From contig NZ_CP019384.1 in the NCBI RefSeq assembly GCF_004102945.1, positions 1,200,001 through 1,232,000 of the forward strand: DNA of 32,000 bases, given 5' to 3'. The position numbers were made by a program, and so were the translations under genes. The notes below the pieces were generated by a model, which did no database searches, had not been told where the DNA came from, and saw only the letters and a list, made by a program, of their open reading frames with translations. This document shows positions 19,137 through 26,373 of this stretch, piece by piece; within the stretch, counting starts at the first letter, position 1, and every line of letters starts with the position of its first letter. Origin of the DNA: Candidatus Velamenicoccus archaeovorus (GTDB taxonomy: Bacteria > Omnitrophota > Gorgyraeia > Velamenicoccales > Velamenicoccaceae).

Positions 19137-19171
19137 AAAAAAAAGCGGCTGCGCGAAGCAGCCGCTTTTTT
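19137..19171. terminator. Bidirectional rho-independent terminator after the pilin gene
   Basis: A8, GCGGCTGC (19145-19152), 5-nt loop, GCAGCCGC (19158-19165), T6. On the minus strand the hairpin is followed by U8, 14 nt after the pilin stop. Confidence 0.85.
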
Positions 19172-19184
19172 CTTCCTGAACAGA

Positions 19185-19607
19185 TTACTCGATCGGTGTG
19201 CCGGCAGTGGTATTGCCAACTCTCACAACACCCGACTGATCGACAAAGAACGACCTGACACCCGTCACGTTCTCCGTCTGGGGCGTAGCAACGATGCCAT
19301 ATGTATTGCCGCCGCCGCTCAACGTGAACGTATAACCAGACTTATTGCCGCCCGCCAAAACAGAATCTATGTAGGGCGGATTGGAGGCGTTCAGGTTTGT
19401 CAAAGCCGTCGGATAGGCCGGTGGAGACTGGGCCGCCCTGTATGATTCCATGGCGGTGCTCAATGTCCTCATCGCCGCAATTGCCGTCGCCTCGTTGGCG
19501 CTTAATCTGGCCCTCAAGAGGTTCGGGATTGCGATCGCAGCCAAAAGGACGATGATGGCCACAACGATCATGATTTCAACAAGCGTGAAACCTTTTCTGG
19601 AGCGCAT
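19185..19607 (-). CDS. pilA: Type IV pilin (prepilin with class III signal peptide)
   Basis: MRSRKG|FTLVEIMIVVAIIVLLAAIAIPNLL is a prepilin cleavage/N-methylation motif with Glu at +5. ATG 19607 lies 8 nt after AAGGAGG, so the ORF-track start 19631 is rejected. 140 aa with no cysteines. Confidence 0.9.
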   Translation of the reverse strand: MRSRKGFTLVEIMIVVAIIVLLAAIAIPNLLRARLSANEATAIAAMRTLSTAMESYRAAQSPPAYPTALTNLNASNPPYIDSVLAGGNKSGYTFTLSGGGNTYGIVATPQTENVTGVRSFFVDQSGVVRVGNTTAGTPIE

Positions 19608-19689
19608 ATTTCTTTCCTCCTTTCTCGGCATGGATTGACTCTACGCTCAACTCTAAAAGATGATACAACTAGACCTTACTGTTTTCGAA

Positions 19690-19706
19690 AGCGTAAAGCC
19701 TGCCAA
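19690..19706 (-). promoter_or_regulatory. Sigma54-like -24/-12 element (weak)
   Basis: The minus strand reads TTGGCAGGCTTTACGCT with GG-N10-GC spacing, about 85 nt upstream of the pilin ATG. The -12 region (ACGCT) is a poor match to TTGCA/T. Confidence 0.25.
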
Positions 19707-19718
19707 CAAGTTACAACA

Positions 19719-19748
19719 ATTTTATCTCACCCCCTTCCTCATTGTCAA
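19719..19748 (-). promoter_or_regulatory. Strong sigma70-type promoter for the pilin gene
   Basis: Minus strand: TTGACA (19748-19743), 18-nt spacer, TAAAAT (19724-19719). It is preceded by AT-rich ATTATTATAAATATTTA. Confidence 0.6.
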
Positions 19749-19785
19749 TAAATATTTATAATAATGTCTTGCGACAACAGGGCAT

Positions 19786-19829
19786 AAAAAAACCTATTCC
19801 CTTCTTCCAAGAAGTCCTTGGGAATAGGT
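19786..19829 (-). terminator. Rho-independent terminator (10-bp stem plus U6) inside the pilC-pilin spacer
   Basis: Minus strand: ACCTATTCCC, 18-nt loop, GGGAATAGGT, TTTTTT. Arms at plus 19820-19829 and 19792-19801 were verified base by base. Confidence 0.8.
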
Positions 19830-19851
19830 GCACATGCGCCTTGCTTCGACA

Positions 19852-19944
19852 GCTGGACCCTCCTTAGCATGGATGCGGAGGTCCGCCCTTCCTGGGCTGG
19901 ACCCTCCTTAGCATGGATGCGGAGGTCCGCCCCTCTTGGGCTGG
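19852..19944. repeat. Tandem 44-bp repeat: 2 full units plus a 5-nt start of a third, each unit a hairpin
   Basis: GCTGG recurs at 19852, 19896 and 19940, giving a period of 44. The units differ at only 2 positions, both in the linker. Minus-sense unit: GGACCUCC-GCAUCCAUGC-UAAGGAGGGUCC. Confidence 0.9.
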
Positions 19945-20022
19945 CTGCCATCGTTTATAAAATACGATTAGGCCCTGTAGCTTTGTGCCCCACTCTTTCG
20001 AGCCCTTCCTGTAAAGAAGAGG

Positions 20023-20043
20023 TTCCGCGCCCTGGGCGCGGAA
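20023..20043. other. Perfect 9-bp GC-rich hairpin TTCCGCGCC-ctg-GGCGCGGAA
   Basis: Arms 20023-20031 and 20035-20043. It lies about 150 nt downstream of the pilC stop. No clean U-tract. Confidence 0.7.
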
Positions 20044-20074
20044 TGGTTTACTCGTTTGGCCGGTTTCTATTATA

Positions 20075-20102
20075 AGTATAACATTGCTTCGGCGGGATTC
20101 AA
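20075..20102 (-). promoter_or_regulatory. Sigma70-like promoter inside the pilC-pilin spacer
   Basis: Minus strand: TTGAAT (20102-20097), 16-nt spacer, TATACT (20080-20075), immediately followed by TATAAT (20074-20069). Confidence 0.35.
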
Positions 20103-20192
20103 GAGAACGCCTGTCAGGCAGGACGCACCGGGGAAGCGGAGGCGCGCCCGACAACCCATGCCCCAAAATCCAAGCCAGAATGCAGGATAGGG

Positions 20193-21386
20193 CTATCTGA
20201 TAAGCTCGGTGATCTTAAAGATGGGCATGAAGAGCGCTATAACGATGCCGCCGATAACGATCCCCAGAAAACCGATAACCACAGGCTCGATCATGGAGGT
20301 CAAACCTGAAACCGCCGCATCGACCTGCTCATCATAAAAATCGGCGATCTTGGTCAACATCTTCTCCAACTGCCCCGTCTGTTCACCGACGGAAATCATG
20401 CGCACGACCATGGGCGGGAAAACCCCGCTTTTGGACAAGGGGTCGGCGATGGGCTCGCCTTCCTTGATGGATGTCCGCGCATTCATGACCGCCTCTTCGA
20501 CGACAAGATTGCCGGCGGTCTTTCCGACGATCTCCAGCGCATTGAGGATGGGGACACCGCTCCGGACCAAGGTCGAGAGCGTCCGCGAGAACTTGGCAAC
20601 GACAACCTTTCGCAAGAGGGGTCCGAACAGCGGCATGCGCAACAGACTGCTGTCCAGTTGATAGCGCCCTCTGGGCGTATCGATGTATTTTTTAAAAACG
20701 AAACCGAAAACGACAAATCCGACGACAACGAAAGGGAAAAAATGACGCAGCGTATCGGAGATCAAGATCAAGACCTGCGTGGGCAGAGGCAGGGTGCCGC
20801 CGAGGGACGCAAAAATACCCTTGAACGTCGGGACCACCTTGACCAAAAGAACGATCGTGATCAATACCGCCATGGAAATGACGACGATGGGATAGACGAG
20901 CGAAGACTTTACCTTCCTCTGGAGGGCGCTTGATTTTTCCAGATAACCGGCCAACCGATCAAGGATCTCGTCGAGCAAGCCGGAGGCCTCCCCGGCCTTC
21001 ACCATGTTGACATAGAGATTCGAAAAAATCTTGGGGTGCTTATTCAGCGCCTCGTGAAGACTGGAACCGCTCTCGATATCTTCCTTGATCTTGAGCGTCA
21101 CATCCGAAAGGGTTTTGCTTTCAGCCTGCTCGCTCAAAATACTGAGCGCCTGGACAAGGGTGATGCCGCTTTCAACCATGGTCGCCAATTGACGAGAAAA
21201 AATAACCAGATCGTCGAGCTTAACCGCCTTCTCGACCATCTTTCTGACCCTCTCTTCCTTGACGGAAATAACGACCAGGTTTCTCTTGTGCAGCGTGGCA
21301 ATGGCGTCCTGTTCGCCCGCGGCCTCAAGGATCCCCGTCAATCTTATTCCCTGACTGTCTTTTGCGACATAGCTGTAGAGCGCCAT
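20193..21386 (-). CDS. pilC: Type IV pilus platform protein PilC (GspF family)
   Basis: 397 aa with duplicated T2SS-F domains and three TM segments. N-terminus ...YSYVAKDSQG....G.LEA....A...L. SD GAGGAGAAGGG lies upstream. Confidence 0.92.
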   Translation of the reverse strand: MALYSYVAKDSQGIRLTGILEAAGEQDAIATLHKRNLVVISVKEERVRKMVEKAVKLDDLVIFSRQLATMVESGITLVQALSILSEQAESKTLSDVTLKIKEDIESGSSLHEALNKHPKIFSNLYVNMVKAGEASGLLDEILDRLAGYLEKSSALQRKVKSSLVYPIVVISMAVLITIVLLVKVVPTFKGIFASLGGTLPLPTQVLILISDTLRHFFPFVVVGFVVFGFVFKKYIDTPRGRYQLDSSLLRMPLFGPLLRKVVVAKFSRTLSTLVRSGVPILNALEIVGKTAGNLVVEEAVMNARTSIKEGEPIADPLSKSGVFPPMVVRMISVGEQTGQLEKMLTKIADFYDEQVDAAVSGLTSMIEPVVIGFLGIVIGGIVIALFMPIFKITELIR

Positions 21387-21416
21387 GCCCTTCTCCTCAT
21401 AAGACGCAACCGTCTC

Positions 21417-22484
21417 TTACACGAATGTATCGACGACTTTCAAAAATGCCTCGACGACTTTGGGATCGAACTGCGAACCGCTGTTCTTCTTGATCTCCTC
21501 GACAGCCTCTGACTTCATCAAGCCCACCTTGCGATACGGCCGGGCCGACACCATCGCGTCGTAGCTGTCGGCGACGGTCATGATGCGTGCGCCCAGCGGG
21601 ATCTCTTCGCCTTTAAGCCCGTCGGGATAGCCCTTGCCGTCCCAACGCTCATGATGGTGTTTGACGATCGTGATGACGCTTTCCAGGAATTTTAGCGGCT
21701 CCAGGATCTGGGCGCCTTTCTCGGCGTGCTGCTTGATCTGGTTGAATTCATCATCCGTGAGGGCCGAAGGTTTGCTGAGCACATTATCGTGGACGCCGAT
21801 CTTGCCCAGATCGTGCAACTGACATGCGTCCCTGATATCATTGATATAGGAGGGGTCCACGTTCATCTGCCGCGCAATCGCTTCCGCATAACGCGTCACG
21901 TTGTCCGAATGCGAAAAGGTGTAATGATCGCGCGCATCGATCGCGTGCGCCAACGCCTTGATCGTGCGCATATATGTCTCTTTGAGATCCTCATAGAGAC
22001 GCGTCAAATTCTTCGTGCTCTCTTCGATGCGGCGCGCCAAAAGAAGATTCTGTTTCTGCAGCGCTATATTGCGCTCTTCGATCCCCTTGAGGGCGCGGCT
22101 GTTGTTAACGACGAATTTCCTGATCTCAAATGCCTGCTTGGCCTTGAAGTAAACCTCCTCGGACCTGAGCGGCTTGTAAAGATAATCGGTAGCGCCCAAT
22201 GCCAGAGACTCCTGGACAAGATTGGCCGTCTCGGTATAGCCCATGATGATGATAACCATGGCTTCATCCCTGTGGTGAAATTCACGCACGAGATAGCGGA
22301 CATCGAGGTCTTTAAGGCCGAGATCGATAAAAACGGCACCCGGCGTGTCTTGCTCATAAAACTGCAGGCCTACGCGCGCCGTCAGCGCCACCGTCACCTG
22401 ATAACCCCGCGTCGTCAGCGCCGTTTTGATCAAGGCGCAGCTTGCTTCATCACTATCGATCACCAAAACCTTCTGTTCGCTCAT
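21417..22484 (-). CDS. Response regulator with HD-GYP domain (predicted c-di-GMP phosphodiesterase, RpfG-like)
   Basis: The REC domain has an acidic pocket (VIDSDE), a phospho-acceptor context (VFIDLGL) and a conserved K (DYLYKPL). The HD-GYP domain has H-S-DNV, QLHDLGK and HHERWDGKGYPDGL. The start was moved to ATG 22484 (MSEQKVLVID), preceded by AAGGTG. Confidence 0.88.
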   Translation of the reverse strand: MSEQKVLVIDSDEASCALIKTALTTRGYQVTVALTARVGLQFYEQDTPGAVFIDLGLKDLDVRYLVREFHHRDEAMVIIIMGYTETANLVQESLALGATDYLYKPLRSEEVYFKAKQAFEIRKFVVNNSRALKGIEERNIALQKQNLLLARRIEESTKNLTRLYEDLKETYMRTIKALAHAIDARDHYTFSHSDNVTRYAEAIARQMNVDPSYINDIRDACQLHDLGKIGVHDNVLSKPSALTDDEFNQIKQHAEKGAQILEPLKFLESVITIVKHHHERWDGKGYPDGLKGEEIPLGARIMTVADSYDAMVSARPYRKVGLMKSEAVEEIKKNSGSQFDPKVVEAFLKVVDTFV

Positions 22485-22674
22485 TCGGACACCTTTGGTG
22501 GAATCTCCCGGGGTTCGCTCCCGAGGCAGCACCGCATTCCTCCCCGGTTTTTCCCGCTCCATTATCTTTTGTCCGGCGGGATCCCGCAAGGCAAGAAAAG
22601 CCGGGGATTCCTGCCGAGGGATTGAATCCTATTATACAAGGCTTAACGGCCTTGCCTACAAAAATCAGAAAGTT

Positions 22675-24390
22675 TTATTCCTCTGTCGTCGCGCGCAGGG
22701 CCTCTTCGATGGTCGTGATTCCCCGTGCCACCAACAACATGGCGTCATCCCTCAAGGTCCTCATCCCCTTTTCTTTCATGGCAAACTCTTTGATGTGGCC
22801 GCTGGAAGCCCTTTGGATGATCAACCCGCGGACCGCATCGTCAATCATCAGCACCTCGTGGATCCCGATACGCTCGAAGTAGCCGGAGTTATTACAAACA
22901 TGACACCCCTTGCCTTTAAAAAACGTCGGTTTCTCTCCGGCGCCGAGCACCCGCTCCAATCCGAGTTTCTTCCATGTCTCCCTGGGGATATCGATGGGCT
23001 CCTTGCAATGCTGGCAGATACGCCGGCAGAGGCGCTTGGCCGACGTCACAATGAGGCTGGAAGCGACCAGGAACGGCTCAATACCCATATCGATGAGACG
23101 CGTGATGGCTCCGACGGCGTCGTTAGTGTGGAGCGTCGACAAAACCACCTGCCCTGTCAATGATGCCTTGATCGCGATATCGGCGGTCTCGGAATCCCTG
23201 ATCTCGCCGACCATGACGACGTCCGGGCTCTGTCTCAAGACCGACCTTAAACCGGAGGCAAAAGTCAGGCCGATCTCGGGTCTCACGGCAATCTGCGTGA
23301 TGCCTTCCACCTGGTATTCCACAGGATCCTCGATCGTCACGATGTTGGACTCCGGTTTATTCAGCTTGTTAAGGATGGAATACAGCGTCGTCGACTTCCC
23401 GCAACCCGTCGGACCGGTGATCAAGATCATGCCGTAAGGTTTGATGATCGCCTCCTCGAACAGCCGGCGCGGCTCCTCCGTCATGCCCAGGGAGTCAAAT
23501 CCGACGGAGAGCTTGGACTTATCAAGTGTGCGCAAGACGAACTTCTGTCCGAAGGTTGTTGGGAGCGCCGAGACGCGGAAATCGATCTCCCGATCCTTCA
23601 GCTTGACCTTGAACCGCCCATCCTGCGGCAGGCGGGCCTCTGTGATATCGAGACCGGAGATGATCTTCAGACGCGCCAAAACCGCGTTCTGGTTTTTCTT
23701 CGGCAGCCGGAAGACATCAAAAAGATGGCCATCGATGCGGTAACGTATCCTCAGGTCGTGCTCCATGGGCTCCACATGGATATCGGAGGCGCGTTTTTTC
23801 AAGGCCTCTGTCAACATCAAATCGACGATCTTGACGATCGGGGCCTTCTCGCTCTCCTCAACAACAACCCCCAGCTCAATCGTCCCATCGGTCTTGACGA
23901 CCTCGACCTCTCCTCCCACCTCTTCTGCGGCGGCGGCCATCTCCTCGCTGCCCGTCGTCCCCTTAAAGAACCTGTCGAGGGCTTTGATGATGTCTTTCTC
24001 GCTGGCAAGGACGATGTCGACATCATGGCCGGTGATCGCCTTAAGGTCGTCAATCGCAAAAACATTCAAGGGATCGCTCATCGCGACACTCAGGACATTG
24101 CCGATCTTGGACAAGGGGATCGCCTTATATTGCCGTGCCACTTTTTCCGGGAGCATTTCGACAACCTGGGCATCGATTTTGTATTTCGCCAACTCGAGAT
24201 AAGGGATGAAAAGCTCCTTGGCAAGCGCGGCGATCAGGTCTTTTTCTTTTACGAAACCCTGCTTGACCAAAATATCCTTCAGGTTTTCCCCTGTCTTGGC
24301 CTGGATCTGCTCCGCCTTCTCCAAATCCTGAGGAGTCAACAATTTCGCCTGCAGAAGGGCATCCATGAGTCTTTTTTTAAGAGTTGCCAT
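22675..24390 (-). CDS. pilB: PilB/GspE-family assembly ATPase, copy 1
   Basis: Has an N-terminal T2SSE_N/MshEN-like domain, Walker A GPTGCGKST, Walker B DVVMVGEIRD, His box STLHTNDA and tetracysteine CQHC...CHVC. 571 aa. Confidence 0.92.
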   Translation of the reverse strand: MATLKKRLMDALLQAKLLTPQDLEKAEQIQAKTGENLKDILVKQGFVKEKDLIAALAKELFIPYLELAKYKIDAQVVEMLPEKVARQYKAIPLSKIGNVLSVAMSDPLNVFAIDDLKAITGHDVDIVLASEKDIIKALDRFFKGTTGSEEMAAAAEEVGGEVEVVKTDGTIELGVVVEESEKAPIVKIVDLMLTEALKKRASDIHVEPMEHDLRIRYRIDGHLFDVFRLPKKNQNAVLARLKIISGLDITEARLPQDGRFKVKLKDREIDFRVSALPTTFGQKFVLRTLDKSKLSVGFDSLGMTEEPRRLFEEAIIKPYGMILITGPTGCGKSTTLYSILNKLNKPESNIVTIEDPVEYQVEGITQIAVRPEIGLTFASGLRSVLRQSPDVVMVGEIRDSETADIAIKASLTGQVVLSTLHTNDAVGAITRLIDMGIEPFLVASSLIVTSAKRLCRRICQHCKEPIDIPRETWKKLGLERVLGAGEKPTFFKGKGCHVCNNSGYFERIGIHEVLMIDDAVRGLIIQRASSGHIKEFAMKEKGMRTLRDDAMLLVARGITTIEEALRATTEE

Positions 24391-24413
24391 AGAAAAATTA
24401 ATTAAAAATTAAC

Positions 24414-24556
24414 AATGAAAAATGAAGAATTAAAAATCCTCAAAGAAGCAAATCTGTTTCTCATTCACCGACCGCCAAAAGGCCGATGGCTGACACTCAA
24501 ACGCCCCGCCCTCGTGCTTGTTTCCATTGTTCATTCTCAATTTTTCATTTTTCATT
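24414..24556. repeat. 13-bp inverted repeat AATGAAAAATGAA / TTCATTTTTCATT bracketing the pilB2-pilB1 spacer
   Basis: Arms 24414-24426 and 24544-24556, the latter overlapping the pilB copy-2 stop codon. The spacer is 117 nt. Confidence 0.7.
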
Positions 24557-26278
24557 CTTCTCAATCGGTTCATCCGGTGCCGTGACGCGCAGGACTTCCT
24601 CCAGGGATGTCGCGCCTTCCAGGACCTTTTTAATGCCGTTCTCCCGCAGCGTCTTCATACCTTCTCTGCGGGCGGCCGCTTTGATTTCATACTCTTGCGC
24701 CCTCTGGATGATCAGATCTTTGATCTTCGGCGTCAGCACCAAGGCTTCGCCGATAACCAGACGGCCTGCATAACCGATACCGAAACATCTTTTGCACCCT
24801 CTCCCGCGAAACACGGTAATGCCCTTCTTGGCCGCAGAGATCCCCAAAGATGCCGCCGCTTCCGGCGTCAATTCATAACCTTCTTTACAGGAGTCGCACA
24901 CCTTGCGGACCAGGCGCTGGTTGATCAGACAGATAACAGAAGAAGTGATCAGAAAAGGTTCGACGCCCATATTGACAAGCCGGACAATGGTGCCTGCGGC
25001 AGTCGTCGTATGGAGCGTGCTTAAAACCAGATGGCCGGTCAAGGCGCTTTTGATGGCGATGTCCACGGTCTCGAAATCACGGATCTCGCCGACCATGATC
25101 GTATCCGGGTCCTGCCTGAGGATCGAACGCAGACAGCCGGCGAAGGTCAGGCCGATCTCGGGACGCACGCTTACCTGGTTAATGCCTTCCAGCTGATACT
25201 CCACAGGGTCTTCGACGGTCACGATGTTGTCTTCCGGCGTATCGACGTATTTCAAAACAGAATAAAGCGTTGTCGTCTTCCCGGACCCCGTCGGGCCGCA
25301 GACGAGAATCATGCCGTGAGGCCGGTCGGCGCCCGACTTGATGGTGGCCAGCGTCTCGGCGTCGAATCCCAGACGATCCAAATCAAGGGTCGCCATGCTC
25401 TTGTCCAAAATGCGCAGCGCCACCTTCTCGCCGAAAAAAGATGGAAGGATCGAGACGCGGAAATCGATAAAACGGTCCTGTATCTTGACTTTGAAGCGGC
25501 CGTCCTGCGGCAGGCGGTGTTCGGCAATGTCCAATTCCGACATGACCTTGATGCGCGAAACGATCGGGGCATGAAACTTCAAGGGCGGGCCTTCGATCTC
25601 GCGCAGCATCCCGTCCACCCGCACCCGCACGCGCATAGAATGCTCCCAGGGCTCGATCAAGATATCGCTGGCATTCATCTCGATGCCTTTTTCCAAAAGC
25701 AGGTTCGTGATCTTAATGACCGGCGCTTCTTTTGTCAAACGCACGAGTTCCTGGGTGTCGGGGCCGCCTTCGTGCGCGGCCCGGACCACCTCGATATCCA
25801 TATCGGAAATATCCTTGATGATCTCATCCAAGACCTGGGTCGCCGGCTCTTCATAATACTTTTCGATGGCCATCAGGATCTCTTTCTGCTCGGCGATAAT
25901 GGGATTGATCTCAAAACCCGTCAAGGCCTTGACATCATCAATGGCGAACACATTCAAGGGGTCGGCCATGGCCACGGTCAGCGCATGCCCCATTTTGCCG
26001 ACGGGGACGATCAGGTAATGCTTGGCCATATCTTTGGGGATAAGTTTGATGATTTCGGGGTCGATCTTAAAACGCGCCAGGGAAATGGGCGGGAATCCGA
26101 GACCTTCGCTGAGCGCCACAAGAAGGTCTTTTTCGCTGATGAGATTCAATTTCACCAGACAATCGCTCAGCCGGCCGCCATGCTCCTTCTGGACCTGCAG
26201 GGCCAGCTTAAGGTCGTCTTCGGATATCAGCTTGTTCTTAATGAGAATGTCCTGCAGGCGTTCTCTTAGGGAACTCAT
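24545..26278 (-). CDS. pilB: PilB/GspE-family assembly ATPase, copy 2
   Basis: Has an N-terminal T2SSE_N/MshEN-like domain, Walker A GPTGSGKTT, Walker B DTIMVGEIRD, TGHLVLSTLHT and tetracysteine CDSC...CKRC. 577 aa. Confidence 0.92.
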   Translation of the reverse strand: MSSLRERLQDILIKNKLISEDDLKLALQVQKEHGGRLSDCLVKLNLISEKDLLVALSEGLGFPPISLARFKIDPEIIKLIPKDMAKHYLIVPVGKMGHALTVAMADPLNVFAIDDVKALTGFEINPIIAEQKEILMAIEKYYEEPATQVLDEIIKDISDMDIEVVRAAHEGGPDTQELVRLTKEAPVIKITNLLLEKGIEMNASDILIEPWEHSMRVRVRVDGMLREIEGPPLKFHAPIVSRIKVMSELDIAEHRLPQDGRFKVKIQDRFIDFRVSILPSFFGEKVALRILDKSMATLDLDRLGFDAETLATIKSGADRPHGMILVCGPTGSGKTTTLYSVLKYVDTPEDNIVTVEDPVEYQLEGINQVSVRPEIGLTFAGCLRSILRQDPDTIMVGEIRDFETVDIAIKSALTGHLVLSTLHTTTAAGTIVRLVNMGVEPFLITSSVICLINQRLVRKVCDSCKEGYELTPEAAASLGISAAKKGITVFRGRGCKRCFGIGYAGRLVIGEALVLTPKIKDLIIQRAQEYEIKAAARREGMKTLRENGIKKVLEGATSLEEVLRVTAPDEPIEKNEK

Positions 26279-26373
26279 TGGTCTTTCCTGTGGAAGGAGA
26301 TTAGGACGAAGCCTCGGCGTGGAACCGTGAAACTCAGGACCGGTCTCTTGAAAGAAATCATCTCTGCAAAGGC

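Larger units (their letters stand above)
19786..20068 (-). ncRNA. Candidate ~280-nt non-coding transcript, or a structured pilC 3' UTR
   Basis: It is bounded by the promoter-like element at 20075-20102 and the terminator at 19786-19829. It contains the GC hairpin and the 2x44-nt hairpin repeats. The 44-nt period (not a multiple of 3) argues against coding. No known RNA family was recognised. Confidence 0.3.

Noticed and set aside
19608-19631. N-terminal extensions suggested by the ORF track for the pilin (19631), tyrS (3252), proA (10086), pilO (17259), the REC-HD-GYP gene (22589) and the GGDEF gene (28347).
   Set aside because: Internal ATGs with proper SD spacing give N-termini that match family norms, for example the prepilin leader MRSRKG|F and REC starting MSEQKVLVID. 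The extensions overlap upstream genes or intergenic regulatory sequence.
19745-20166. ORFs of 68, 85 and 100 aa spanning the pilC-pilin spacer.
   Set aside because: They cross a 44-bp tandem repeat, which is not a multiple of 3, so the two copies are read in different frames. No convincing SD is present and the sequences are Arg/Pro/Gly-rich and junk-like.
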